Assembly (NCBI GenBank): GCA_963682015.1
Contig: OY820932.1
Span: 3,034,618 to 3,098,617 of the forward strand
Source: Smithellaceae bacterium
GTDB taxonomy: Bacteria; Desulfobacterota; Syntrophia; Syntrophales; Smithellaceae
Length of the DNA stretch: 64,000 nt
Direction: 5' to 3'
Shown here: positions 1 through 9,719 of the stretch, piece after piece
How positions within the stretch are numbered: the first letter of the stretch is position 1
Layout of the letters: every line of letters begins with the position of its first letter
Notes under the pieces: model-generated
Told to the model about the DNA's origin: nothing
Databases searched by the model: none
Seen by the model: the letters and a program-made list of their open reading frames with translations, nothing else
Position numbers and translations under genes: made by a program

Positions 1-881
1 CTTATGGATGCGCCCGGGGAGATGTGATGAGGGCGGTTAACGACTGTATGTTTTCCCCCTCTTTTCTGACCGTGGAGGTGATGGCGGAGCTTTTGAACAG
101 AGCCCGTGCCCTGGACCGGGAAGGTCGGATTGCCCCCCTTGTCAATTTGCAAACAAAAGGGGTTTATCTGTTCAGTGGTCTGGTTGACAAGACGGTACAG
201 CCCGGTGTGGTGGACAGGGTTTTCGACTGGTACCTGAAAGCCAGTGTTCCACGAAGCCGGATTTATTATAAAAAAAGCATTCCGGCAGGTCATGCCATGC
301 CGACGCTGGACTATGGCAACCCCTGCGACGATGTGGACAGGCCACCCTGGATCAGCGCCTGCAATTATGACGGAGCGGGCGAGGCGCTCAAACATATTTA
401 TGGCGGGTTGAATCCCCCGCGGCCGGTAACCGGCGCCAGCGGCAGACTGATCGAATTTAATCAGAAGGATTTTGTCGAACCTCGGGCACTTACCGACAAA
501 GATCTGGCGGAGAAAACCGGCCTCAATGAATTCGGCTATGCTTTCGTTCCCCGGTCCTGCGAGCAAGGTCAGATGTGCCGGATTCATGTGGTATTTCACG
601 GGTGCCGGCAGGTGTACAACGCGGATCCCGAGGGGCTGGATTTAAAGCAAGGCGGCACGGCGTTTGGCCTGCAAATGGTTCTCCACGCCGGTTACAACGA
701 ATGGGCTCATACCAATTCCATCATTATTCTGTATCCTCAGGCGCAGAAAACTAAAGCGAATCCTGGGGGATGTTTTGACTGGTGGGGGTATTTGGAAGGC
801 GCCAAAGACACCTACCTGACAAGGGAAGCTCCGCAAATGAGGGCGGTGCGCGCCATGATCAAGGGCCTGAGCGGGAAATGA
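1..881 (+). CDS. PHB-depolymerase-family esterase, 5' end outside window
   Basis: Frame is open from nt 3, so the listed start at 24 is probably internal. Motifs HVVFHGCRQ, IIILYPQAQ and GCFDWWGY resemble the esterase/PHB depolymerase (LpqC-like) family. Confidence 0.55.
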   Translation, partial: YGCARGDVMRAVNDCMFSPSFLTVEVMAELLNRARALDREGRIAPLVNLQTKGVYLFSGLVDKTVQPGVVDRVFDWYLKASVPRSRIYYKKSIPAGHAMPTLDYGNPCDDVDRPPWISACNYDGAGEALKHIYGGLNPPRPVTGASGRLIEFNQKDFVEPRALTDKDLAEKTGLNEFGYAFVPRSCEQGQMCRIHVVFHGCRQVYNADPEGLDLKQGGTAFGLQMVLHAGYNEWAHTNSIIILYPQAQKTKANPGGCFDWWGYLEGAKDTYLTREAPQMRAVRAMIKGLSGK

Positions 882-1145
882 CGGTTTGAACCGTGTTATT
901 CCGTGAAGATTTTCTTGACATCGCGGGCCACGTTTCCTATATTGCCACGCACGAAAGGGATGGTTTGATCCATCGTGAAAAATAAGCTTTCGGACCTGCA
1001 GAAAGCAGTATTTCCCCCTTGCAGGGTTTAAAAGATTCAATCCCGACAGGCGTGGAATATATTTGTAAATAATGAACCGGGAAGGCCGCCGGAACCCGGC
1101 AAGGGGATCATCCGGGGTTATATAAAATGATAAACGGAAAAAACT

Positions 1146-2390
1146 ATGCTTCGTATCAGTGACCATAATATCGTATTCTCAGGTAATCTTCTTTTCTTAC
1201 CTCTTGCCGATGTTTTTCAGTTGCTCGGGGGCAATAACTGCACTGGCATCCTGATTTTACGCAGTCCCCATTCATCAGATCCGGGTATCGTGTATTTCAG
1301 AGGCGGAAATCCGGTTAACGGTTCCTGGGGAAAACTGAAAGGACGTGAAGCCGTCTATGCCCTGTTTGGGTTAACGGACGGTAAATACGAATTTTCCGAA
1401 GAGGAAATAACCGGGATCGATCCGGTTATCAAGCAGGGCACGATGGAAATGGTCATGGATGCGATGCGTCTGATCGATGATGGACAAATTGCCCGGGTTG
1501 GTCCTGATCCTCTCCATCAGCAAAACATGAAAAAGACGGATCCCGCGCGGGTCGATATGAATTACGTGCATCCGATTAAAGGGCCCCAGGTTGATTATCG
1601 CTATATCACGATAGAACGGAATTATCCGGACGGCACCACGATTTTACGGGAAGGAGAGCACGGTAAATGGCTGTGGGTGATTTCCGAAGGAACGGTAAGG
1701 ATCGTCAAGGAGACGCCCAAGGGCGCTATTACCCTGGCCAGACTGGGTGAAGGCAGTTTTATTGGAACGATCCGGTCGTTTTTATACGGGGAATACGAGC
1801 GTAACGCAACGGTGATTGCAGAAGGAGCCGTGGAACTGTGTCTGCTCGATGCGGAAGCCCTGCACCGGGAATATTCCTCCCTGTCGCCTGATTTCAAAAA
1901 AATTCTAATCAGCGTCGACAACCGGTTCAGAATGATCAACACGAATGCCGTCAATGCCTATATCGGGGCGCATCCCGACGGACTGCCCCCGGACAAGTTC
2001 ATTGATGATCGGTTCCTGAATACGACGGATCTCTATGTCATCAGAGAAGGAACGGCCGATATTATCGGCAAGGGACCTGACGGTGACGTACATCTTCTGC
2101 CACTGAGCAAGGACGATGTTTTCGGCAAGATCCCTTTCATGGCTTTCGGCCACGAACCCGTATCCGCGTCCGTCGTGGTATCGGAGGTTTTCGAGGCCGA
2201 TCTCCTGGACAGCAAGGCGCTCCAGCAGGAATATGACAATATTTCTCAAACATTAAGGAATTTCATTTTCGGTACGGCAACCAATATCTCCATGACGACA
2301 AGACTTTTCTATGAACTGCTGGGCAAGATCCAGCCTTCTCCGGGGCAGAGCCCGGAAAAAGTTCTGGACGAGGACGACGACGAAAACTGA
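1146..2390 (+). CDS. DUF4388 (PatA-N-like) domain protein with two cyclic-nucleotide-binding-like domains
   Basis: The N-terminus LLFLPLADVFQLLGGNNCTGILIL is typical of DUF4388. Two later segments (GEHGKWLWVISEGTVRI.., LYVIREGTADI..) look like cNMP-binding beta-barrels. Confidence 0.55.
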   Translation: MLRISDHNIVFSGNLLFLPLADVFQLLGGNNCTGILILRSPHSSDPGIVYFRGGNPVNGSWGKLKGREAVYALFGLTDGKYEFSEEEITGIDPVIKQGTMEMVMDAMRLIDDGQIARVGPDPLHQQNMKKTDPARVDMNYVHPIKGPQVDYRYITIERNYPDGTTILREGEHGKWLWVISEGTVRIVKETPKGAITLARLGEGSFIGTIRSFLYGEYERNATVIAEGAVELCLLDAEALHREYSSLSPDFKKILISVDNRFRMINTNAVNAYIGAHPDGLPPDKFIDDRFLNTTDLYVIREGTADIIGKGPDGDVHLLPLSKDDVFGKIPFMAFGHEPVSASVVVSEVFEADLLDSKALQQEYDNISQTLRNFIFGTATNISMTTRLFYELLGKIQPSPGQSPEKVLDEDDDEN

Positions 2391-2555
2391 TTGCCCTATG
2401 GCCGTTCGGGACTGAGGCAGCTCTTCCCTATTGACGCACAAAACATCTTTCCTTATATTAGCAAAGCAGTTGGGTCCGTGCCGTTTCACGATTCGCCGGG
2501 TTTGGAGGGAAGGTAATGGCGGTTTACAGGATTAGCGAGTCAGGGAGGCGTTATC

Positions 2556-3464
2556 ATGCAGGAAACTGATTCCCGTCAGGAAGCGGAGAAATTTTTCAAC
2601 CTGGGCAAAAACATCCGCCGGACGCAGATAGCAAAACTGAAGCAATTCCTGATCATTGTGGTGATGCTGATTCTTACCACGATCCTCAATATATTTCTGG
2701 AACATCTGATTCAACCATCGTCCCTGATCTTTGTCTATCTGGTGCCCGCCATTGCGGGCGCGATTTACTATGGCAGCTGGGCCTCTGTTTTATCCTTTAC
2801 CGCCGGTTTTCTGATCTTTGACTTTTGCTTTGTGGAACCATACTATTCACTGCATATTTCCAAACCTCAGGATATCTATAATATCACGGTCTATTTTGTC
2901 GTCGCCGGTCTGATTACGTATTTAATCCACCTGGTCTACCGGCAGAATGCTTTCCTGAAAGGCAGACTGGATCGTGTATCTCTTCTTGAAGATATGAGCA
3001 GGGATTTCATGTTGCTGGCGCCGCTCGAGCAGGGATCTTCGGACCTTCCGCTTACCGGCACTCTGCAGGTCAGAGCACTGGGGCTCCTGGGTCAGCTGGC
3101 GCTGAAATATACCAAAACCATATTTGATGTGCCGGCGGTAGTTTTTTTTCGCGAAGATAACGGCAGCCTTAAAATCTGGGCGAAAAGCAGTGTGGATCTG
3201 GAAATCAGGCAACAAGAACAGGATGCCGCATTCTGGACGTACAGCAACGGCGAAGTTTCCGGCGCCGGGACGTACACTCTTTCCGACACGTCTTTTTATT
3301 TTATCCCGATGAAATCTCTGGAAAACGTAATCGGGGTGATCGGCATTTCATACAATTCCAGGGATCTTTTTCCCGAACAGCGCCGTTTTCTGGGAACGAT
3401 TATCAACCTGACAACCATTGTCGCATCCATGTGGATGAACCTGAAATTGAAACGGCCGCAATAG
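2556..3464 (+). CDS. KdpD-like membrane sensor module (DUF4118 + GAF-like), no kinase domain
   Basis: Four predicted TM helices with VYLVPAIAGAIYYGSWASVL...FDFCFVEPYYSL match the DUF4118 pattern of KdpD. The C-terminal ~150 aa look GAF-like. No H-box or ATPase motifs are present. Confidence 0.5.
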   Translation: MQETDSRQEAEKFFNLGKNIRRTQIAKLKQFLIIVVMLILTTILNIFLEHLIQPSSLIFVYLVPAIAGAIYYGSWASVLSFTAGFLIFDFCFVEPYYSLHISKPQDIYNITVYFVVAGLITYLIHLVYRQNAFLKGRLDRVSLLEDMSRDFMLLAPLEQGSSDLPLTGTLQVRALGLLGQLALKYTKTIFDVPAVVFFREDNGSLKIWAKSSVDLEIRQQEQDAAFWTYSNGEVSGAGTYTLSDTSFYFIPMKSLENVIGVIGISYNSRDLFPEQRRFLGTIINLTTIVASMWMNLKLKRPQ

Positions 3465-3481
3465 TAAGAGTCTGATTCCGT

Positions 3482-3535
3482 TTCCCGATCCGTGGATGAG
3501 CGGAAACAGTTTCAAACCGTTTCTGCGGTCGGGAA
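3482..3535. terminator. Bidirectional hairpin between convergent genes
   Basis: Nested inverted repeats TTCCCGATCCG...CGGTCGGGAA and GAAACAGTTTCAAACCGTTTC lie between the stop codons at 3464 (+) and 3540 (-). Confidence 0.45.
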
Positions 3536-3539
3536 TCAT

Positions 3540-5483
3540 TCACAGTTCGATTTGCGTTCCCAGTTCAACAACACGGTTGGCCGGAATTCCAAAGTAGGTA
3601 GTCGGATTGCCGGCATTTCTGGACATGAAGGCGAAAAGGGTTTTACGCCAGCGCATCATCTTCGATGATCCGCCGGTCAGGAGTGTTTCTCTTCCCAGGT
3701 AATAGGTCGTGGTCATGGGGTCTGTAACGAGTCCGTACTGGGCGGCCATTTTCATGATTTGCGGTACGTTGGGTTTCTGCATGAAACCATAGATTGCTTC
3801 CAGCCGGTAAAAGTCCTGGCCCAGGTCGGTAATCACAATTCGGTTGCCGGCGGGAACCGTCGGCACGTCTTTTGATATAATGGAAAGCAGAATAACTTTT
3901 TCATGCAAAACATGATTGTGCTTGATATGATGAAGCAGTGTCGGCGGTGTTCCGATCGGGGATAATGTCATGAATACGGCGGTTCCCGGCACATGCGGCA
4001 TCCGGCTGTTCTGCATACTGGTAAGAAAACTGTCCAGCGGAAGTCTTGATCCGATCAACTTATTGTAAAGTTCATCCCGACCTTTTTTCCAGGTGGTCAT
4101 GGCGATGGCGATGACGGCGGCAACCAGAAGAGGAAACCACCCTCCGTCGGCGATCTTGAAGAAGTTGCCGGTAAAAAAGGCGGCATCAAACGCCAGGAAG
4201 ATTGCGATCAGGGGAAGGATTTTCCACCACGACCACTTCCGGTCATAGATCAGCACGAGGAAATACAGGATGGTTGTGATGATCATGGTTCCCGTAACGG
4301 CAATGCCATATGCTCCCGCCAGACCTCCGGACTCTTTGAACCCGATCACAACGGCAAGACAGGCGATCATCAAGGCGTAATTGACAAAAGGAATGTAGAT
4401 CTGTCCCTGCATCTCGCTGGAGGTGTGGATAATCCGCAGGCGCGGGCAGTAGCCCAGTTGAACCGCTTGCTGAGTAAGCGAGTAGGCGCCGGATATCAGC
4501 GCCTGGGATGCGATTACAGTGGCGATCGTGGCCAGCCCGATCATGGGATACAGAAGGATCTGCGGAACGATGTTGTAAAATGGATTGACGCTCATTTCGG
4601 GATGTTGAAGCAGCAGAGCCCCCTGCCCGAAGTAATTGCACAACAGCGCCGGCAGGACGAACAGAAACCAGGAAAACCGGATAGCGTCTCTGCCGAAATG
4701 CCCCAGATCGGCATAAAGCGCTTCGCATCCCGTAATGCAGAGCACAACCGAACCGAGTACGATAATGCCGTGCGTTCCGTTGTTCAGAAAAAAACGGATG
4801 GCGTGGAGCGGATTGACTGCCTGAAACACCGCGGGTTCCCGGACAATTTCGAGAATGCCGAAAGCGCCGATGGTGACAAACCACAACATCATGATGGGCG
4901 CAAACAATTTCCCGATGTGTGTCGTGCCCCTGCGCTGCAGTGAAAAGAGCACTATGAGGACAATGCAGGTCAGCGGCATAACAAAAGGCGTATAGGCTTT
5001 GGTGACAACTTCCAGCCCTTCAATGGCCGAAAGAACGGAGATGGCCGGTGTAATGACGCCGTCTCCGTAGAGCAGCCCGGCGCCTAGGATTCCGCCCAGC
5101 AGAAGGAATGCCCGGACGCGGTACATTTTCTTATCGGTTGTATTGAGCAGTCTGACATGCAGCAGGCCGAGCAGGGCAAAGATACCTCCTTCTCCCCGGT
5201 TGTCCGTTTGCAGAATAAAAATGACATATTTGATGCTGACAACAACAATCATTGACCAGAAGATCAGCGATAAAACACCCAGAATATTGGCCGTGCTGGC
5301 TGTGATGGCATGGGTTCCGTGAAAGCATTCTTTGAGGGTGTATAGAGGGCTGGTTCCGATATCGCCGAAGACAACACCGATGGAGCCGATGGCTAGAAAT
5401 AGTTTTTTTTTATCGAGCAATCTGCCGGGGATTGTTTCCGGTGACTCGATAGAGCCCTCATCTTCATTACCGGGGTGTGACAT
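3540..5483 (-). CDS. kup: KUP/HAK/KT potassium uptake transporter
   Basis: GVVFGDIGTSPLYTLKECF and the 12-TM layout plus cytoplasmic tail are diagnostic of Kup. The second ATG (5483) is preferred because GGAGG sits 6 nt upstream. Confidence 0.9.
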   Translation of the reverse strand: MSHPGNEDEGSIESPETIPGRLLDKKKLFLAIGSIGVVFGDIGTSPLYTLKECFHGTHAITASTANILGVLSLIFWSMIVVVSIKYVIFILQTDNRGEGGIFALLGLLHVRLLNTTDKKMYRVRAFLLLGGILGAGLLYGDGVITPAISVLSAIEGLEVVTKAYTPFVMPLTCIVLIVLFSLQRRGTTHIGKLFAPIMMLWFVTIGAFGILEIVREPAVFQAVNPLHAIRFFLNNGTHGIIVLGSVVLCITGCEALYADLGHFGRDAIRFSWFLFVLPALLCNYFGQGALLLQHPEMSVNPFYNIVPQILLYPMIGLATIATVIASQALISGAYSLTQQAVQLGYCPRLRIIHTSSEMQGQIYIPFVNYALMIACLAVVIGFKESGGLAGAYGIAVTGTMIITTILYFLVLIYDRKWSWWKILPLIAIFLAFDAAFFTGNFFKIADGGWFPLLVAAVIAIAMTTWKKGRDELYNKLIGSRLPLDSFLTSMQNSRMPHVPGTAVFMTLSPIGTPPTLLHHIKHNHVLHEKVILLSIISKDVPTVPAGNRIVITDLGQDFYRLEAIYGFMQKPNVPQIMKMAAQYGLVTDPMTTTYYLGRETLLTGGSSKMMRWRKTLFAFMSRNAGNPTTYFGIPANRVVELGTQIEL

Positions 5484-5544
5484 AAATAACCTCCGAAACA
5501 TGTTTCCGGGAGAATCATTCTCCCGGACGGTTCCGGAACTGGTT

Positions 5545-5662
5545 CTCCTCGTCGAAGCCGACGAAGTTAGCTGAAGGGCTCGGGCCGAAAAGGTTACCCT
5601 ACGCTGATGCGATGCGCCCCCAAAAATTGGGTCCTCCGCTCCTGAGAATCAGGATTAGGCAT
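5545..5662 (-). promoter_or_regulatory. c-di-AMP riboswitch (ydaO/kimA class) in the kup leader
   Basis: The minus strand reads CCUAAUCCUGAUUCUCAGGAGCGGAGGACCCA...GGGGGCGCAUC...CCCGAGCCCUUCAGCUAACUUCGUCGGC. This matches the remembered ydaO consensus blocks (GAGCGGGGGACCCA, GGGGUGAAUC, CCCGAACCCGnCAGCUAACCUCGUAAGC). A hairpin CCGGGAGAAUGAUUCUCCCGG follows, then the RBS. Confidence 0.75.
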
Positions 5663-5707
5663 ATGTGCTGTAGTTTCTAGAACATCTTTTAATGCCTGTC
5701 AATCAGC

Positions 5708-6850
5708 TTAACAGGTTCCATCCGTTTTGACCGACAACTTTTCCCGGTGGCGCATGAGCGCCAGATCGATCAGACGGTCCAGCAGCCTGCCATATGGAAG
5801 CCCGGTGGCTTCCCAGAGCTTGGGGTACATGCTGATACTGGTGAAACCCGGCAGCGTGTTGACTTCATTGAGATAATACTTCCCTGTTTTCCTGTCCAGG
5901 AAGAAATCCACTCGCGCCATCGAATTCAGGTTGAGTGCCCGGAAGCCGAGAACGGCGCATTTGCGGATCGCAGCAGTGACTTTTGCGGGAAGCTTTGCGG
6001 GGATGCTCATCCTTGCCCCCTGGGGGTCAAGGTATTTGGCTTCGTAGGAATAAAATTCATGCATGGGGAGGATTTCACCCAGGATGGACGCCTGCGGCTG
6101 ATCATTGCCCAGCACCGCGCATTCGATTTCACGGCAGTCAATACCGGTTTCGATCATGATCCGGGTATCGAATTGAAAGGCGTAATCAATGGCGGCCATC
6201 AGGTCTTTTTTGACTTTCACTTTCTTGATTCCCACGGAAGAACCGGTACAAAGCGGTTTTACAAAAAGAGGGAAAGCCAGCTCTTTTTGCGCTCTGCGCA
6301 GAATTTTTTGCGGCTGTTCGCTCCATTCCCGCCTGCCCGCCGTGATCCAGGGAACTACCGGAATTCCGGCCTGAGCAAGCAAACGCTTGGCGATATCCTT
6401 GTCCATGCCGATTGCCGAACCGGCCACATCAACGCCCACGTAGGGAACCATGGCCAGTTCCAGGAGGCCCTGCAGCGTGCCGTCCTCTCCGTAGGTGCCG
6501 TGCAGCACGGGAAAGATTACATCGATAATCACTTTTTCACCGTCCGCTTCCAGATTGCAAAGGGAAAGTTTGTTTTGCTGTTCAAAATGATTAACCAGCC
6601 AGGTTCCGCGTTTTTTCAGAGACAGGATCTTGCCGAAGTCGCGGTCCGCCACGATTTCCGGCCGCTCCTGGACGTACCAGCGTCCGTCGCGGTCGATGCC
6701 GATGGCGACAATGTCATATCTGGTTTTATCAAGCGCTGAAACAACAGAGGCCGCCGAACACAGCGACACATCGTGTTCGCCGGACCGGCCGCCATATAAA
6801 ACACCGATGGTTATTTTGTTTTTGCGTTTCGTTTTGAAAGAGGATTGCAT
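5708..6850 (-). CDS. ddl: D-alanine--D-alanine ligase
   Basis: IGVLYGGRSGEHDVSLCSA and the ATP-grasp motifs (EIECAVLGN, LNEVNTLPGFT) support the call. The start at 6850 has an AAGGA RBS and avoids overlap with the upstream gene. Confidence 0.9.
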   Translation of the reverse strand: MQSSFKTKRKNKITIGVLYGGRSGEHDVSLCSAASVVSALDKTRYDIVAIGIDRDGRWYVQERPEIVADRDFGKILSLKKRGTWLVNHFEQQNKLSLCNLEADGEKVIIDVIFPVLHGTYGEDGTLQGLLELAMVPYVGVDVAGSAIGMDKDIAKRLLAQAGIPVVPWITAGRREWSEQPQKILRRAQKELAFPLFVKPLCTGSSVGIKKVKVKKDLMAAIDYAFQFDTRIMIETGIDCREIECAVLGNDQPQASILGEILPMHEFYSYEAKYLDPQGARMSIPAKLPAKVTAAIRKCAVLGFRALNLNSMARVDFFLDRKTGKYYLNEVNTLPGFTSISMYPKLWEATGLPYGRLLDRLIDLALMRHREKLSVKTDGTC

Positions 6851-6860
6851 GGATTGTCCT

Positions 6861-7667
6861 TTAATATGTATAGGTAATGGCCGTTCCAATGGAGACACGT
6901 CCCGTGTACTGCCCTTCGATATTCAGGCGAAAGCCCTTCGCCAGCGGTATATCGGCTCCGAAATATCCTCCCGCCGGCGATTTGCTTTTCCATAAAACTT
7001 TTTGCGTTCCGGACTGGATACCGGGAATGGCGCAGGCTAGAAAAGCGTCGGCTTCCGAATAATAAAGATAGGGACCGGCATAGAGCCTGATACCCGCGGG
7101 AACCGTGGCCTGCAGGGCCGCGCCGAAATTGACGTCCCAGAAGTTCTTCACTTTCAAATCGACTACGTAAGGCGTCGAGCCATAAAGCCCGCCCACGTCA
7201 TCCGTAAAGTTGCTGAAGTTATAACTTCCCTGCAGGAAGGCGCCGATACCGAAAATGCCGTTGATCGGATAGAACGCTTTAGCCCCCAAGGTTCCGAAGA
7301 ACTTCCAGTTTTCCGCAAAGTGGGTTTTGGAGGTGGTTGTCAAAGAGTTCCCGGAGCTGTAAGCGTCGAATATTTTTAAATCGCTGATACCGATGCGTCC
7401 GTAAATTTCCCAGATACCCGAAGCGCCGTAGGATGCCTGAGAGTAGATCTGATTCTGCCGGATGACATGGTCCGCGGAGGTTTTGAAGACGTCTTCGGCA
7501 TACCGGAACCCGATGGCGGTATTGAGTCCGCCTTCCAGTCTGGAAATCGTTTGCGGCGGCCCGAACATTCCACCGGCAAATGCGTTGGAACAGACGGACA
7601 GCAACCACAGCACGGCAATGGCAAGAACGAAATATTTCTTTGGAAAATCGGCTTTCTGGCTCCTCAT
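6861..7667 (-). CDS. Outer-membrane beta-barrel protein (porin-like), unknown family
   Basis: Signal peptide, alternating beta-strand pattern and a C-terminal aromatic end (..AITYTY). The start overlaps the mlaA stop (TAATG). Confidence 0.5.
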   Translation of the reverse strand: MRSQKADFPKKYFVLAIAVLWLLSVCSNAFAGGMFGPPQTISRLEGGLNTAIGFRYAEDVFKTSADHVIRQNQIYSQASYGASGIWEIYGRIGISDLKIFDAYSSGNSLTTTSKTHFAENWKFFGTLGAKAFYPINGIFGIGAFLQGSYNFSNFTDDVGGLYGSTPYVVDLKVKNFWDVNFGAALQATVPAGIRLYAGPYLYYSEADAFLACAIPGIQSGTQKVLWKSKSPAGGYFGADIPLAKGFRLNIEGQYTGRVSIGTAITYTY

Positions 7668-8587
7668 TATTTCTCCGTTTCGGACGATTTTGCCGCCGGT
7701 TGAACCGTATCCGTGCCTTTAAACAGTAGAGACCTTGCCTTGCGCGCTTTGACTTCCTTCAGGCGATACTGGATATAGCCGTTGCGGATAGCTACGTAAG
7801 GATCGATGGCAGCTCCGATGAGTGATTCATAATCTCCGATTCTCAGGGATACGGAATTGACCTTTTCGTATGACCAGACCCCTAATGAAACATACCAGGG
7901 ATAAAAATAGGGGGGTGGATATAAGAACTGATCACCAATGATCGTTACAGAATCCCGGGGGCTGGACGGTCCGTAAAACGGCCAGACGATGTAGAAACCA
8001 TGGCCCACGCCGTAAACACCCAGTGTGTGCCCCAGGTCGGTGTCCTGCTTCTGTAAATTCATCTCCCTGCCCGCAGCGGGGTCCATCAGTCCGCCGATGC
8101 CCCAGACCGTGTTGATGGCAAAGCGGCCGGTTTCCATAGCCGCGCCTTCAAAGTCCGCCTGCAGAAGACAACTGACCAGGCGTGCAGGGTAGCGCAGGTT
8201 GAAAAAAAAGTTTTTCACGCTGATGCGCGCAGGTTCCGGAACCACAACCTTGTAGCCCCTGGCGACGGGCTTGAGTACCCAGAAATACAGTTTATCGTTG
8301 AATTGATGCATGGCCCGGTTGAACGGCTCTATCGGGTCGGCAATCGTTACTTTTTCCTCGGCCGGTTCGTCTTCGTAATCGAGGTCTTCTTCATCGTCGT
8401 AATCGTCGTTAACCGGTTCATCCGGTTTTTTTGACGTCTTTGCCGCTGTGACATCCGTACCGGTGGACGGCAAAGTCTGAGAGGATAAAGACGGAGCCTG
8501 TTTAGTCTCCGCGGCCGGACAGTAACCGGGGGCAATCCATGCCGAAAGCAGGATAAACAAAAAAATCAGGGACAGACAGTATCTCAT
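7667..8587 (-). CDS. mlaA: MlaA/VacJ family lipoprotein
   Basis: DPIEPFNRAMHQFNDKLYFWVLKPVARGYKVVVPEPARISVKNFFFNLRYP matches the VacJ core. A signal peptide and an acidic linker precede it. Confidence 0.8.
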   Translation of the reverse strand: MRYCLSLIFLFILLSAWIAPGYCPAAETKQAPSLSSQTLPSTGTDVTAAKTSKKPDEPVNDDYDDEEDLDYEDEPAEEKVTIADPIEPFNRAMHQFNDKLYFWVLKPVARGYKVVVPEPARISVKNFFFNLRYPARLVSCLLQADFEGAAMETGRFAINTVWGIGGLMDPAAGREMNLQKQDTDLGHTLGVYGVGHGFYIVWPFYGPSSPRDSVTIIGDQFLYPPPYFYPWYVSLGVWSYEKVNSVSLRIGDYESLIGAAIDPYVAIRNGYIQYRLKEVKARKARSLLFKGTDTVQPAAKSSETEK

Positions 8588-8619
8588 GACCGGGGATCCG
8601 TTTAATGGCCTTGCAGTGC

Positions 8620-9210
8620 TTACTGTTCTTTTACCTTTTTGCGCAGGGTTTCCAGAAGTTTTTCCGGCGTGCCGTCAGCCAGAATCTCCTTGAACTGATC
8701 CCGGTAGTTTTGAACCAGACTGACATTTTCCACGACCACATCGTAGACTTTCCATTTGCCGTTTTTCAGGATCATCCGGTAAAAAATCGGGATTTCTTTC
8801 GAGGCTGTGACGATCTTCGATTGAACCTCCGCCTTGTCATCCGTTAAAGTTTCCTTGTAGAAGACGACCTTTTCGTTTGAATAATCGAGGATTTTATCCA
8901 GGTAGGTCTTTTCCATTACTCTCTCGAACAGGTCGACAAATTCCCTGCGCTGTTCCGGAGAAAACTTGTTCCAGTTTTTCGCGAGTGTTCTTTTGGAAAA
9001 TTCCATTTCATCGAACATGTCCTTGTAAATGACACGCAGCTTTTCTGTTTTGGCTGCCTTGGAGGCGGGACTTTTCAGTTTGGGGTCTTTGAGAACGTCC
9101 AGTACCCGGTTGACGGTGCCTTCCACGGCGGTGGTTGGGGCTCCGGCGTAAACCGGAACGGCTAATATCAGAATCATCAGCAGATTGAATATGAGTAAAT
9201 GTTTTTTCAT
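8620..9210 (-). CDS. mlaC: MlaC/Ttg2D-like periplasmic phospholipid-binding protein
   Basis: Signal peptide from MKKHLLIFNLL (GGGAGG RBS before 9210). Motifs FSKRTLAKNWNKFSPEQRREFVDLFE and YRDQFKEIL are typical of the Tol-tolerance Ttg2D family. Confidence 0.7.
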   Translation of the reverse strand: MKKHLLIFNLLMILILAVPVYAGAPTTAVEGTVNRVLDVLKDPKLKSPASKAAKTEKLRVIYKDMFDEMEFSKRTLAKNWNKFSPEQRREFVDLFERVMEKTYLDKILDYSNEKVVFYKETLTDDKAEVQSKIVTASKEIPIFYRMILKNGKWKVYDVVVENVSLVQNYRDQFKEILADGTPEKLLETLRKKVKEQ

Positions 9211-9223
9211 GAAGTATGCCTCC

Positions 9224-9715
9224 CTATTTCTTTTCCTTTTCTTTTTCTGAGTCTTTGTTTTTATCCTTTTTGATTTCGCCAAAGGCGTATTTGCTGATCA
9301 ATTGCTCGATATCCAGAGCGGCCTGTGTTTCCGTAATCACGCCGTTGGGCTTGAGAACATCACCGCCGCCGCCCGGATCGATACTCAGATACTTGTCCCC
9401 GATTAATCCTTCGGTTTTAATCGAGGCGATGGCGTCGTCATAGATTTTGATACCTTTGTTGATCCGGATTTCCACCACGGCTTTCTGGTTTTCCTGGTCC
9501 ATGGTGATCTGTTCCACCCGTCCGACGTTGATGCCCAGAATGTGCACCGGATTGCCGATTTTCAAACCGGTGACGGATGTGAATTTGGCGGTCAGCGGGT
9601 ACGTGTCGTCACCGAACAGATTGAGTTTGCCGAGTTTCACGGTCATATAGCCGACGCAGAGCAGTCCGCAAATGACAAAGATGCCGACGATGGTTTCCAT
9701 GGTATATTTTTTCAT
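9224..9715 (-). CDS. mlaD: MlaD (MCE-domain) protein
   Basis: N-terminal TM anchor followed by an MCE fold (FTSVTGLKIGNPVHILGINVGRV..). Confidence 0.8.
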   Translation of the reverse strand: MKKYTMETIVGIFVICGLLCVGYMTVKLGKLNLFGDDTYPLTAKFTSVTGLKIGNPVHILGINVGRVEQITMDQENQKAVVEIRINKGIKIYDDAIASIKTEGLIGDKYLSIDPGGGGDVLKPNGVITETQAALDIEQLISKYAFGEIKKDKNKDSEKEKEKK

Positions 9716-9719
9716 AGGC

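Noticed and set aside
5747-6739. 330-aa ORF on the plus strand, opposite ddl.
   Set aside because: It is an antisense shadow of a gene with unmistakable Ddl motifs. Its product is low-complexity and R/G/H-rich with no recognisable family. The same reasoning applies to the antisense ORFs at 16358-17224, 24066-24866, 25370-26149, 26586-27578, 28824-29441, 31923-32786, 33332-34063, 35064-36233 and 62395-63264.
8620-9282. Longer MlaC ORF starting MAKSKRIKTKTQKKKRKRNRE.
   Set aside because: The lysine-rich extension overlaps the 3' end of mlaD. The signal peptide and the GGGAGG RBS support the start at 9210.
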